A stretch of DNA of 60,502 nucleotides from Octopus bimaculoides (taxonomy: Eukaryota): positions 160,163,092 through 160,223,593 of the forward strand of contig NC_068981.1 in assembly GCF_001194135.2 (NCBI RefSeq), in the 5' to 3' direction. This document shows, in pieces, positions 12,759 to 26,023 of the stretch. Under the pieces are notes generated by a model. It ran no database searches, was not told the origin of the DNA, and saw nothing but the letters and a program-made list of their open reading frames with translations. Every line of letters begins with the position of its first letter. Positions within the stretch are counted from its first letter, which is position 1. The translations under genes and the position numbers were made by a program.

Positions 12759-12970
12759 GTGTTTGTGTGTCTGTGTTGGTTCCCCCCAGCATCGCTTGAC
12801 AACCGATGCTGGTGTGTTTACGTCCCCATAACTTAGCGGTTCGGCGAAAAGAGACCGATAGAATAAGTACTAGGCTTACAAAGAATAAGTCCTGGGGTCA
12901 ATTTGCTCGACTAAAGGCGGTGCTCCAGCATGGCCACAGTCAAATGACTGAAACAAGTAAAAGAGTAAAG
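12626..12970 (+). mobile_element. SINE family A with non-RTE tail, young copy
   Basis: gtggcaccttgggcaagt...gaaactgaaagaagcc-(TA)n-...cttagcggttcggc...gatagaataagtact...ggcggtgctccagcatggccacagtcaaatgactgaaacaagtaaaag; CpG-rich. Confidence 0.9.
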
Positions 12971-13453
12971 AGTATATGAAATATTTATGTGTGTATATGT
13001 GTATACATAGATAAAATTGAATGTCTGAAACTGTACACCTCACATTCAATATTTTTTTTATCATAGAAAGTCAAATCCCAAATAAAAGCAGGCTTGAAGT
13101 GGGATTCAAAAACCTTATTGCTCGATATGAATAAAGTCAACCTGCAATTCTGCTGCCTTGCCAATCACCATCATTATCATCATTTAACATCTATTTTCCA
13201 TGCTGGCATGGGATGGATGCTTTTACAAGACGCAGTGAGCCAAAGAGCTGTGCCTAGCTCCATGTCTGCTTTGACATGATTTCTAAAGCTGGATGCCCTT
13301 TTTAATATCAACTTTACAGATGCTTTTTACATGGCACCAGTACCAGTGAGGTCACCAAGTAACTTGCAAGATAAGACCCTCAGGTGATGGGGTGTCGTAT
13401 AGAAGGAGGTGACTTTATGCCATGTGATGAAAGCTTGAAAAACAAACAGTTGC

Positions 13454-13807
13454 TACACAAGAATGTTAAGAATGTCTTTGTGTCAGATGGAGAGCTCATT
13501 TAACCAATGAGCAGCTTTATCAAGGTCTACCCAAAGTGACTGAGAAGATGCAGCAGAGAGAAATGAGAATTGCTGGTTATTGTGTAAGGCACCCAGAAGG
13601 ACCTATGTGTCAACTGGTCTTATGGCAGTCAGTTGATGGAAGAATAAACAGGGAAAGAAAACATCTAGCCTATGTGGACAACTTACTTCATGACAGTGAA
13701 ATGACAAATGTTGTTAAATTAAGAACATGCATGGGGGACTATGATGGATGGCATGTTTGTGTGAAATCATTGAAGCATCCAGGAGGTTGGCCAGACTAAC
13801 TAACTAA
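13454..13807 (+). mobile_element. 3'-terminal fragment of a second RTE-group LINE with a (CTAA)n tail
   Basis: Reads YTRMLRM...W..HLTNEQLYQGLPKVTEKMQQREMRIAGYCVRHPEGPMCQLVLWQSVDGRINRERKHLAYVDNLLHD...LRTCMGDYDGW, and ends ctaactaactaa. Confidence 0.75.
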
Positions 13808-13971
13808 AGCAGTGTTTATCAACCTGTTTACCTTTGCATAATCCTTAAAATAAATTACATGTCTCAAGGAACCCCTGCACAAAAAAAATTATATACCATA
13901 TCTTTCTCATATTTTTTCATCGTTGTTCATGTGGTAAATATCATTATTTATATATATATATATATATATAT

Positions 13972-13995
13972 NNNNNNNNNNNNNNNNNNNNNNNN
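13972..13995. other. Assembly gap (24 N) inside (TA)n
   Basis: N run. Confidence 1.
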
Positions 13996-14475
13996 ATTAT
14001 ATATATATACAACGTAAAGGTTTTTCTCTGTAAAAACAAAGAAAAAAATACAGGGTGTCCATAAATTACAGACATTACTAAATTATATTTTTTTGATAAC
14101 ATAACAGGTTAGATAGGATGATGTCTATATTACAATAGCCAATAATATGTTGTGCATTTATGGTAATATTACAATCAGGAAATTAGCATTAGCTTATCTC
14201 CCGGAACCCCGGTTGAAAAACAGTGAACTAAAGTATGATGGAGGGTCAGCAACATGTGTCTTGCTGTAAGGGAGATAATAGTTACTCCAGTTGGAAAAGG
14301 GAGAAGATGAAGTTGTGTCAAATGGAATTACATTCTGTCTCAGAAGTCATGATCAGTATTGACTTTCTCAGTATAATTATTAAAGAAGAATAGAACTGAA
14401 GTTATATTAATAGATCTAATATTTTCATTTTTTCCTTATATTTTCCTAATATTTTCCTTTTTTCATTTTTTTCAG

Positions 14476-14642
14476 AGTGGTTGAATTAACTGGAGATTTT
14501 ACTCCTGATATGAAATCAATTGCTAATGCTGACCTTATTGTGACAACACCTGAGAAATGGGATGGTGTTAGTCGAAGCTGGCAAACAAGAACTTATGTCA
14601 AAGATGTAGCTTTGTTGGTTATTGATGAAATTCATCTTCTTG
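14476..14642 (+). CDS. ASCC3: ASCC3 internal exon (motif Ib and Walker B DEIH)
   Basis: ttttttcAG|14476 and 14642|GTGAGT. Translates [55 protein letters not shown](G). Phase matches both neighbours. Confidence 0.96.
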
Positions 14643-15447
14643 GTGAGTTATTTTTATATTTAATTACGTCTTTTATTGCCACATAAGCTACAGATTTAGT
14701 ACAATACAACGACAATTTACAAAAATGGTTGTAGTTTTATATTGAATATGTGAGATTGAAAGATGTGGTAGCAAGGTATGGGTGATATTTACCACTATCA
14801 CCCACCTTTCAGCAAATTAAAAACAATACAGTTGCATTCATACTATTGGAAGAATCCTATTAAGTTTGTTAATTATTTGTATCTCAGATCAATATACTCA
14901 TTATCAATATTTCATACCTTCTTTCCATGTTGGCATGGGTTAGATGGGTTGTCATGGTCCAGTTTGAGCTTACTACTCTCCTAGATGAACTGGAGGACCA
15001 CATCTCGCTTATACATTCTATTTTGGCATAGTTCCTGTTGCTAGATGCCCTTCCTGTACTTTTTACAGAATGTACTGGATGTATTATAATGTGGACCATC
15101 AGCATTAGAGAGGTTGTAATGTTCTTGACAAACCTAGACTGTCTTCTTTCCCTATATTGTCTGCATTCATTTGTCAATCTTTTTACATGTATTAGGTGCA
15201 TTTCATCTTGGTACCAGTATTAAGAGAGAGATAATCCCTGTCAGATTAAAGAGTCCTCCCTTCTGTAGGTTATTTATGTTCTTTCAAGGCAAATGTGACT
15301 AAGTGGGTGAACAGAAGAGAGTGATAACGGAGAACCAGGTTGAGAAGGTGACAGAACAGAGAGTATAGGTATGATGGGAGAAGCAGATAGAAACAAGAGT
15401 GAGTAATGAAAGAGAAGCAGTGAATTCCAGCTACATATTGGTTATTG

Positions 15448-15689
15448 TACTCCATCCTCCACCATTTAGTTTCCTCCATATTACTTTTTCTTCCCCCATC
15501 ATACTGCAAATGTAGATGAAGCTTTTTTATTCAATCATCATCATCGTTTAACGTCCGCTTTCCATGCTAGCATGGAAAGCGGACGTTAAACGATGATGAT
15601 GATTGAATAAAAAAGCTTCATCTACATTTGCAGTATGATGGGGGAAGAAAAAGTAATATGGAGGAAACTAAATGGTGGAGGATGGAGTA
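15448..15689. repeat. Perfect 242-bp palindrome (121-bp arms, no spacer)
   Basis: The centre is ccatgct|agcatgg between 15568 and 15569. The arms pair base-for-base by eye out to tac (15448) and gta (15689). Confidence 0.93.
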
Positions 15690-17984
15690 ATGGAAGCAAT
15701 GGAGAGTGATATATGTTAATAAAGAGTGACAGAGGAGAGGCTAATAAGAGAGAGAATGAAGGATTGAAAATTAATTGTGAAAATGGATGGTGATAAAAGA
15801 GCAAATAATGGGTAGTAGTAAGAGAGAAGCAGTGGTAAGAGAGAGTGATGGATGACAGTAGAATGTGACATGGAGGAGAGAGAGAATGACAGCGCTAGAG
15901 AATGGTGATAGTAGGGGATATTAGATGGACAAATGAGATGATATAATTCTAAAGAAGCTATATGTGCATGAAAAACAAAAAAGGTAGATATGAGAAGAAT
16001 GCTTTTGATCAGTGTTCTCTGCACTATTAAGGTTGATCTGGGGCTAAACATTAGCACCATTAACTGGATATACACTCACATCAGCTGAAAAGTTCAGCAG
16101 ATAAGCAGAATGTTTAATCCATTTTTCTGTAGCTCTCTGTTTTGTTCTCCACTATTTAAGGCCTTTTTTTTTTCAAGTTATTAAATGTTACATATTGTAT
16201 GTAACAGTGTTTTCCTAATATCCAACATCATGACTGGCCTACTGCTTTTTATGTTTCTTACCTACATCAACTCTTTTCTTCCTAATTTTTTATCTGCCAA
16301 AGTGCCTATAAATCATTATATATTATAATAGGAAATCAGTTAACATAGACACAAAACAATTGTTCTTGTTACCTCTCATAGAGACCAAATTAAAGGTTGT
16401 GTCATCTTAGCACTTCCTGCATGTTTTCTGGTTCCTAGTATGCTATCAAAGGACTGTAGTAGGTGAGTAAATTTGAAAGAAAAGATTGGATTGTTGAATC
16501 CTGGATCTCAGAAATCACATGTCCAAACAAAAATAGCTAAATATTTTGAGGGTAAAAAGGTTAAAAAAGAATGGCATAATTTTTTAAGAATAAGGTAACA
16601 GAATTTAGCAACAAAATGAAGTATAAAGGCTACTAGGCCTGGGCTGGAAGTAATCAATGTTAGTGAAAGCATCATTTATTCAACCATCATAGAAAAGTAG
16701 GTATTGCATAAACATGGAACCAGATGTTAAGATATTGATGGAACTGATCAACAATCAATGCTAAAAGACAGAAGTGAAAAAAATGGAAACTGTGTAGTAG
16801 TTTAAACAATCATGTTTAGTGTATGTGCAAAGTAACAATATAATATCTCAAGAAAAGTGATGAAAATAAGTTAATATTTTTTGTCCATAAGTTTCTTTCC
16901 ATTTCATACTGTACTGCACATTGGTTTGTCCTTGGATTAATCAGTAGTATATCAGTTTTCTTTTGAAAGGAGTTTACTGGCACCCTTCTCTCTTATTCAA
17001 CCATTGTCCATTTCTGAGGGATAGTTACTGTAAGTTCTCCCTCTTTCATGGCCTCTTTTGCTGCTCAGTGTAGCTAATAAAGTGGGAGAGAAAGAATTGA
17101 CTTTGTTGTTTCCAGTACTTCCTTGCTTTTTATTTATTAACTTTGGAACTTGAAAAGCAAAGTTGACTTCACGGGTTTGAATTCAGTGCACAGAAAGCTG
17201 GAACAAATATCAAAAGACTCCCTACAAGACATTCTAATGACTGCCATTTTGCTACCTCAGCCTTAAGTTTTAGAGCATTAAAAATTTGTATCACTTACTC
17301 TGATATAGTATGCTCACTTGTCCACTTCTGTCACCAAGCTACAATTGCTGAAAACTTCCTCTCTACACATAGTACCATGGAAACCTCATTTCAACTTGGT
17401 AGGATGACTGTACACCCTACTCCTCTTTCCCTACATCTGCCTACACATTGGAGACAACTTTTATGCCCAGTGACATCAAATTACTTCTATTCTCCTAAGT
17501 TTGTAGTGATAGCTACTTCCTTACATCAGATCATGGAGTCATTCTTTATCGGACTGCTACCGTGCTCTTCCACCTCTCATTTTGTAGCCTGGCCACCTCT
17601 TCCATCAGATTGTTGAAACAGCCTTTATTGTCAGCAGTTTCAGGTGTCCATTCAATGTACTCTAGTTGTTGAAGCCACACCCTCCCTCTTCTAAAACTAT
17701 GGAAAGACAAAGCTGCTCTGCCATAGAGAAGGCAACCCTTCTTAGAAGTTGGATTTGCTGAACAAACACTGTTATAAAACATGTGCAGGAATATATATGG
17801 ACCTTGGAAGCTACAATAAAGTTAGCTTATCTAAAAGAGCAATAACTATGAAGCAACTACAGAGTCATCAAGTTAATGGACAAAGTTATGAAAATAGCAG
17901 AAAGTTATAACATATTGGAAAGGAAATTAGTGTAGATTAGATGCAGTTTGCATTTGTACCAAGGCAGGGTAGCACTGATATCAT

Positions 17985-18260
17985 GATCATCATCACCATC
18001 ACCATCTTTTAACATATGTTCTCTATACTAACGTAGGTTGGATGGTTTGACAGGAGTTGGCCTGCTGGAGAGCTACCCAGGCTCTATTTGTCTGTTTTGG
18101 CATGGTCTCTACCACTGGATGTCTTTTCTAATACCAACCACTTTACAGAATGTAATGGGTGCATTTATGTGGCACCAGTACCAGCATGGGTGCTTTTATG
18201 TGGTACCGACCTGGGCACTTTTATGTGGTACTGGCACGGGTGCTTTTATGTGTGTCATAA
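17985..18260 (-). mobile_element. Family B element with tandemly repeated 3'UTR units
   Basis: A (cat/cac)n tail, ttggatggtttgacagg, ctggatgtcttttctaataccaaccac, then four copies of (c/t)ttttatgtgg..cc. Confidence 0.7.
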
Positions 18261-18589
18261 ACCAGTTCAAAGGAGGCTTTTATCTCTGCTTGCCATCTAA
18301 TCCATTAATCACAGCTGTCCAATGATTAAGACACTTTGATTTATATTAGGTAAAAACAGTGTGCATCTATCAACGTCATTCGACAATATGCCGCATTTTC
18401 GTACTCAATACAAAATAAGATATCTATATTTTTAACTATTATTTACTATTGTAGAAAGGAATTAATGATAGGATATAATTCATAACAATGTGGTACTAGC
18501 ACCCATGATCCCTCAAGACTAAGATCTCTCAAGACTAGGATCTCTCGCCTGAGGGAGGGATGTAGAGGACATGCCTGCATGCATGGACA

Positions 18590-18775
18590 GCTATGATTTT
18601 ACTTAGCTTCATATGTCTTCTCAAACACAGCAAACTACCAGATGTCTTGGCCCCTTGTTATCTCTTCTCTGAGGTCCGATGTCTGAAGATCCTTTCTCAC
18701 CACTTAGTTCCACATCTTCCTGGGTCAACCCCTTCCACATGTTCTCTCCACAATTAGAGCTTGATACCCTATTTT
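18590..18775 (-). mobile_element. Decayed RTE C-terminal fragment
   Basis: Alignable by eye to 29140-29310 (gtcttctcaa..cacagca...ctgaggtcc...ctcaccac...tcttcctgggtc...cttccaca). Confidence 0.6.
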
Positions 18776-19787
18776 AAATCACTTTACACAAGTTCTTAGT
18801 TTAGAGCAAACCATGACACTTAGCATACATTGACTTGAATAATGTCTTTAACAGGTTTCTGTGATTTGTCGCTAGGTAGTGACTTAGAAATGTGTTTGAA
18901 GAACAGTGTAGGCCATGTGCAGGGATAATGTCTGCAAGATGAGATTTAGCAATGAATTCGGTAACAAATCTAGTGTATAAGTTGATGTCCATTAGTGACT
19001 GGTCCTCAACTCTGACCTGTTTATTATAGTTCTCTGGGCTATATATTGAGGCATTAAATAATGGTTGTCTGTGGGAAGTCTTGCATGATGATGACCTAGT
19101 AGTCATAACTGAATCAGTCAAATAGTTTTTGATCCACATAGTTTTAACAACTATAAGCTTATTTGCTTATTTTTCTTTTCTGTACAATCTTGTTGGATGT
19201 TAAACCTAATCTACCATTCCTTTTAATACTACCTCTTGTCCCTTAGATACTTTTAGCAGAGTCTATTTTTTTGCAAACATTTAGGTTTGGTCCCCCAGTT
19301 TGATAAGTCCTTCCTCTCAATAGTCTTGTAACTGTACTTTCTATATATTTAGTATATTTCTAGACTTATTATTGAATTCAGTGAAAAATTCTTTTGAATA
19401 AGTATGTAGTTTGAAATCACATTGACACTTTTAAAGCTGTTGTGCTTCCATCAGGATTCTCCATTCATAAAACATTACAAAATTGTGTCAATTCTCACAT
19501 GGTGAAATTTTGATTTTTAAGGTATTTTTTTGCTGTTCCTTCTTTTTCTTATTGTGAAAGATTGCTTAAGTTTAAACAAGTCTGCAAATGGGTTTTCAGT
19601 CCAAAGTTAGCTTTCAAGTGGAAACTACTTTGTTATTGATCTAAACATATTGAACACATGGTGCATTATTGAATCTTCTGCATCTTTGTTACAGCAGATT
19701 GTGTTTGACAGCAAACAAAGATCCAATGTTTTCAAAACCTTCAATATCAAGCTTAGCGACAAAGTCATCTCAGAATTTTAGCTTTCA

Positions 19788-19906
19788 CTTAACACTTAAA
19801 CATTTAAACCAGCCATGTCTGGCTAAAATATTCAACCTGTTTTATGTTTAAACTGGCCAGATTTGGCCTTTCACTCCTACTCTTTAATGTCATTCCAAAA
19901 AATAAA
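19788..19906 (+). mobile_element. Left half of a ~230-bp MITE (family D), cut by the mariner
   Basis: catttaaaccagccatgtctggctaaaatattcaacctgttttatg...cattccaaaaaataaa; homologous to the first half of 54000-54225. Confidence 0.6.
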
Positions 19907-21055
19907 TATTGGGACATCCCCAAAATAATGCAGCTTTTTCAATTGCATGAACTAAAAGTCAGAGGGGGACGGTATAAACTACCTGCATCAACTTGCTATA
20001 AAAGCAGGTAGTAATTTTACCTTGTACTTTCTCCTAGTGCAAGAGTGCAGTTCAATTTTAACAGTTATTTTTTCAAAGCTATAATGGAAGTGACATAGGA
20101 GCATATTTGGCATATTTTATTCTATGAGTTCAATAAAGGCAACAACGCAACAGAAAGTGCAAGGAATATTAATGCAGTATATGAGGATCAGACAGTAAGT
20201 GTAAGCCAGTGTCAATGGTGGTTCCAGAAATTCCAAGCTGGAAACTACAAACTAGAAGACGAGCCTCATCCTGGAAGATCTGTAGAGCTTGGCAAGGATG
20301 TTCTGCAAACCCTGGTGGAACAAAATCCAATTATAACTAGCAGAAAGGCTTGGATTTGGTCATTCAGCCATTCATCGACACCATCGGAAATGTCAGCAAA
20401 TTGGGTCAGTGGGTTCCCCCACCAACTTTCTGAGTCTAATCACGTGCAGAGAGGGAATGTGTGCACTTCTTTGTTGTCATGTCTCACAAATTAACCCTTT
20501 TTTGGACCGAATAGTGACTGGTGACAAGAAATGGGTTCTTTATAAAAATGTCAAGCGCCGAAGACAGTTGGTAGGGAAAGGAAAAACACCGATACCTCAA
20601 GCTAAAGAAGGTTTTCATCCACATAAGTTGTTGTTTTCTGTTTGGAGGGATATGAAAGATTTAGTCCTCTCTGAACTTTTGAACCCAAACCAAACAGCTT
20701 GAGCAGCTTAAGTCAGCACTAGAAGCAAAATTACCGTCTTTTGTTTCCAGACAAAAGGTGTTCTATCAGGATGATACTCGGCCACATACAGCAAGGATGA
20801 CATTTCAAAGGCTGGAGCAGTTTGAATGAGAAACGATGCCCCACCCACCATATTCGCCAGACATTGCCCCATCTGATTATCATTTATTCCGCAGTCTTCA
20901 AAATCATTTGAACAGAAAAAATATGAATTCTGTAGACGAGGTCAGAGCAATACTGGAGGAGTATTTTTCATCACAGACAAGTGAATTTTGGAAGAGCATT
21001 GTAGAAAATGAAAGAGAGTATATTTTAGATTAAAAAAGAACTTGCATTTATTTTA
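19907..21055 (+). mobile_element. Mariner transposon fossil; transposase pseudogene at 20084-21033
   Basis: Reads MEVT*EHIWHILFYEFNKGNNATESARNINAVY...QWWFQKFQAGNYKLEDEPHPGR, FLDRIVTGDKKWVLYKNVKR, QDDTRPH and PHPPYSPDIAPSDYHLFRSLQNHL. The left TIR starts TA-ttgggacatccc; the right TIR is eroded. Confidence 0.92.
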
Positions 21056-22327
21056 CTTTGGACTTCTAAACATATAATACTGATAGCTTGCATTGCAAGA
21101 TTAATCTCAAATACATTAAAATATCAGAAATAAGATTCAAGTAAATATATTAGCAAGATAGGTAATGTTTTTCTATCAAACATTGATATTTTAGCTTCAT
21201 TAAATGCTCAAAAAATATTCAGATAAAAACAGGCCAGTTTCTTTGGTTTGAAAAAGAAAAAACTGTGCCAACACTTTTTCTCATGATAGCTAGTGTATTT
21301 CATATAGTAATAAAATCTCTGCATTTAGTGGTTTGAGTTAATAAAATTGCAGTATCTTTTACTATTAATTTCAGATCTTGAGACATACAATCAGCAATTA
21401 TGAATTGCTTGACAATTACAGCAACTATGAATCCATTCAACATTCTGATTTTTTTTTTTTATATTCTTGCAACAGAATCAAAAATTTCTCCTATCACAGT
21501 TTGAAATTGATCCCCTCCCTCCCACCATAAATGAGTTAAATTAAATATTGCTTCCCCTGTAGCATGATTCTTCGTAGAGTGACAGATTAATAATTCTTCT
21601 TCAATGCTACTTTAATAAAATTGGGTATAAACATAAGCAAATCTGACAAACCAAGCAACATTTCTTTATTCAACCCATCTTATTAGTTCAGTTTCACAAA
21701 AAAGTGGCATTTTGATATTTCATGAACATGCCTTGAAACTGTGACTGTCATTAGAAAGTAGGTCTGAATTTAAGCTGTTACTACTTAAAGCCTTTCCACA
21801 TTCAACATGTAATTGGTTTTGAAGTAAATAATTATATACATTACAAACATAATGTATGGATAAAATTGGATGGTTTGGTATGAACAAAAACATTTCATTC
21901 CAGATAACTATAATTTTAGGCATAATTTTTTTTCATTTGCCATACATTCTACCAAATGCACAGGTCTTTATTATGGTTTCTGCAGGCATATGTGCTTTGC
22001 TTGCTTTTTCTAGTTGATAGCAATGTGATTTGAATCATCATCATCATCATCATGTCTGTTTTTCCATGTTTGTATTGGTCGGATGAAATTCATTGAGGTA
22101 GATGTCTATAGCCAGATGCTCTTTTTGACACTAACCTTTGCCTGTTACCAAGCAAAATAATATTTCCCTCATCCTTCAAACATGAACAATACAATGGCTG
22201 CTATGATTTTACTGATGATTGCAAATGAATAACATTTTTGTATGACGGTAATGTTTGTTTACAACTAGCATGTGATGAACACACACTAACACATATACAT
22301 ATATACTCTCTTACTTATACACATATA

Positions 22328-22546
22328 TAGGAGATGGTGCTGAAAAGTTCCTGGCTTTAAGGGTATTGTGAAAGGCCTGGTTGGAGGCCCAACCTTCTGA
22401 GTTCTTTTAGAGGACTTAGAAAAACTGAAAGACTGCTGCAATAAGTGTGAATCTGAGAGGGGAATATGTTGAATAAAATCATAATTAACTGATCCTCCTA
22501 TATTTTCTTTTACCCAAAGCCAGATACTTTTCAGCACTCCCATGTA
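22328..22546 (+). mobile_element. Mariner-derived MITE, copy 2
   Basis: Same TIRs and interior as 6745-6962. Confidence 0.85.
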
Positions 22547-22559
22547 CATTCTTGCTCAT

Positions 22560-22890
22560 ACACATTTATACCTGTCCCCAACCCTTACTTGTTTTCAAGC
22601 AAGGTAATATTTCTTCATGGCCAGACATATTTTTCATGGAAGAATGGAAATGGAAAGCTCAATTGTGTAATGGTGATTCTCATTTTACAACCATCACATG
22701 ATATCAAGACAAGGTTACACACGTACACATCACAATAGGTTTCTTTCAATTTCTGTCTTCCAAATCTGTTTGCAAGGCTTTGGTTGGCCTGGTGCTATAG
22801 AAGACACTTGCTCAAGGTGTTGCACAGTGGGGTTGAATCTAAGACCACATGGTTGAGAAAGAAACTTCTTAACTATACACCCACACCTCC
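22560..22890 (-). mobile_element. Composite SINE family A (head plus part of the RTE-type 3' module)
   Basis: caaggtaatatttcttcatggccagacat...tttcaatttctgtcttccaaatc...gaagacacttgctcaaggtg...accacatggttgagaaagaaacttctt. Confidence 0.7.
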
Positions 22891-23837
22891 ACTACTAAAT
22901 CAATTACGTGCTTACTTAGTAATTTAGTTACCCTTAATGTCTCTCTCCTCTTTGCTGAATTTCATATGCATACCAAAGTATTTATAACATCATTTAAGTT
23001 AATTACAGCAAATGGACATGTAATATGAAATAATTGTGATTGTCTCGTTAATTATATTAACTGGTGTTTTCGTCATGTAGTGTTAACCTTTATATCATAT
23101 ATATTACTATATATCATTCATAACTTTGTGTGGTCTTTGTACAATGATAGGTACAGAAGATACCAACAATTAAATAGAATACATCCTATCTGGTTACTTA
23201 TCTTTCATTCTTTTTGTAGAGGAGAAGAAACAGTGCTTTGTCTTTCCAGGCTGCCCAATGTACAACTAGTTAAATAAAAATGAAATTAATATTCATTTAG
23301 TATTCCTACAATTCAAAATTGAAATGAAAACATGGGCAAGAGGGAAGTTCAGAAGTGATGCAGTTTGTTGAAAGTGTTTAGTCTGATATTTGGGAGGCCA
23401 GGCCGTAACGGTGAGGAGAGGAGATAGAGAAGCATTACACTAATTTGTCTTATAATACATATCTAGGACTACATTATCCATTGTATCACTTCATTATTCA
23501 AGACGCTAGAGCAGGGATGTCCAGCCCACGGGTTGCATTGCAGCCCATTTAATATGTTCATGCAGCCCTCTGGTGATTCAAATTCTAATTCTGTTTTATT
23601 TTCTAGTTATATTTTCATTTACTTTGATAATGTATGATGAGAAAATTATTCTCAGAGTATGCTATTTTGAACAGACCAATGGAAACCTCAATAAAGGGGG
23701 GTAAAGTGAGGGAGGTCATGGGATTTATGACAGAATAGCTAACTCTACACTGTAGAATCAACCTTGTTGATACATAATTAACAGCCATTGTTTCAGTTGC
23801 AAATCTTTTGTAGTCGGATCAATATTGATTGTGTTAT

Positions 23838-24056
23838 AAGGCAGCAAGCTGGCAGAAACATTAGCACGCCAGACAAAATGCTTTGCGGTATTTTGTTTGT
23901 CTTGATGTTCCGAGTTCAAATTCTGCCAAGATCGACTTCACCTTTCATCCTTTCAGGGTCGATAAATTAAGTACCAGTTGCATACTGGGGTTGATCTAAT
24001 CGACTGACCCCCTCCCCCAAAATTTCGGGCCTTGTGCTTAGAGTAGAAAAGAATAT
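23838..24056 (+). mobile_element. tRNA-derived SINE (family C) nested in the hAT 5' region
   Basis: aaggcagcaagctggcagaa...gagttcaaattctgcc...cctttcatcctttcagggtcgataaattaagtaccagttg...ggggttgatctaatcgac. aatattgatt occurs on both sides (23821 and 24052), a possible TSD. Confidence 0.85.
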
Positions 24057-24256
24057 TGATTATTTTATTTCCTAACCTTGTTTACAATGTCAAGTGATAG
24101 TGACTTCAGTGTTTCTAGTCTAGGCTAAGCCTAATGCTAATGCTTTATGTGGAAGAATCTATTTATTCTTTATTTGTTTTTGATTTCTAGAATATTAATA
24201 TCAGCATCATTACGTAATAATTTTAATTGTTAATTTTAATAGCCTATTATTTGATC

Positions 24257-26023
24257 ATGGCATCTGATACTAAAAAGAGAAAAATAACAGAGGAAAAAAG
24301 AAAATTCAATATCCTATGGACAGAAAAATATTTCATAACTAAAACATGCAATAATATTATCTGCCTCATATGTAATGATAACATTGCTGTACGCAAGGAA
24401 TATAATATTGTCACTATGCTGCCAAACATGAGTCACAATATAATGAATTAAACAGAGAAAGAAGTGAAATAAAAATAGATGAATTGAAGAAGCTTAGTTC
24501 AAAACAAAACAATTTTTAAAAATCGGTACATATACAAAAGTTAGTTATTTAATAGCTGAAAAATTGGCTCAGAAGGGTAAGCCACTGATAAATGACGAAT
24601 TAATAAAAGAATGTATTGTAATTGCTTTCCATGAATGTTGTCCCGAGAAGGTAAACTTATTCTATGAAAGAAGTCTTTCGCATCAGACAATTGGTAGAAT
24701 TAGTGACTTAGCTGACAGTATTGTGGATACATTGCAGACTCAATTATCTAAATGTGTTCATTACAGTATAGCATTGGACGAAAGTGCTGTTCAAAGTGAC
24801 ACTGCACAATTGGTTATTTTCATCAGAGGAATTGATGTCACTTTAATATCATTGAAAAATGTTGGACGTGTGTCATGTGAAGGGTACAACAACTGGCAGG
24901 GACATAATTGAGCATGTTAATTTATCATTAGAAAAGTTCAATGTTGATAGAAGTAAAAATAATTCAGTTACAACTGATGGTGCTTCTGCATTAACTGGTA
25001 AAAATAATGGGTTTATTACATTATTCAAAGAAATGGTTGATCATGATATACTTAGCTATCATTGCTTGATTCATCAACAGCAATTATGTGCTCAAAAATT
25101 AAATATGAAACATGTGATGACAGATATTGGGAATGTTGTTAATTTTATCAGATCTCAGGGCTTGAACCATCGTTCATTCAAAGCATACTTGGTAGAAGTT
25201 TGCAGTGTGTATGAAGACGTTATATACTTCTCAAAAGTCAGATGGTTCAGTGAAGCAGCAACTTTGAATATATTTCAATTATTATTGCCTGAAATACAAC
25301 AGTTCATGCAAAACAAAAAGCAAAATGTTGATTTTTTTAGCATATGAAGAGTGGTTGAATGATCTGTCCTTCTCAGTAGATATCACTGAAATGTTAGCTG
25401 AACTTAATTTGCATTTACAAGGAAAAGACCAGTATTTTGTTCAATGCTTGAGCAAATAACACGTTTTACTAAGAAATTAGATCTTTTCATAATATAGTTG
25501 AAGGGTGGAGAAATTGTACATTTTCAGAATTTATCTAAAAGACAAGAAGAATTTCTTGTAAATTTTGAAAAATACACTAAATTAAGTGAAGCTTTGTTTA
25601 GAAGATTTTACAACTAGATTTTCTAACTTCAGAAAGATAGAAACTGAACTAAAATTGTTGAGTGATCCATTTTTATTTACGTATGTGGAAGCACCAACCA
25701 CATACAAGATAGAACTCATTGAGCTTCAAAGTAAAGAAGTTTTGAAGACTTATCATTGAGAACATGCCCGTTTTGACTTTTACAAGAAATTGCATTTTTT
25801 CAATGAATTTGATCAAATTGCCAATTTAGATAGAAAATTATTGTGCATGTGGAGTAGTATATACTGTGAACAATTCTTTTTGTGTATGAAAAACATAAAA
25901 ACTGCTGAAAGAAATAGGCTGAGTTATTGCCATTTAACTAACATGCTTAGAGTAAAGAATAGTACCATAAAAGCAGATTTTGAGAATATCATAAAAGGAA
26001 AGCAATGCCAATAATCACATTGA
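24257..26023 (+). pseudogene. hAT transposase pseudogene (SPIN/GTF2IRD2/EPM2AIP1-like)
   Basis: Reads MASDTKKRKITEEKRKFNILWTEKYF...CLICNDNIAVRKEYN..HY..KH, YSIALDESAVQSDTAQLVIFIRGID, GTTTGRDI, SVTTDGASALTGKNNG, HCLIHQQQLCAQ and YFSKVRW. Several stops and frameshifts. Confidence 0.9.

Noticed and set aside
12225-12802. Long ORFs across N gaps (also 43947-44781 and 56085-56543)
   Set aside because: They are artefacts of translating N runs.
17340-17790. Possible LINE endonuclease remnant (…LTSDHGVI…)
   Set aside because: Only one short motif is recognisable and the frames are inconsistent. It needs BLASTX.
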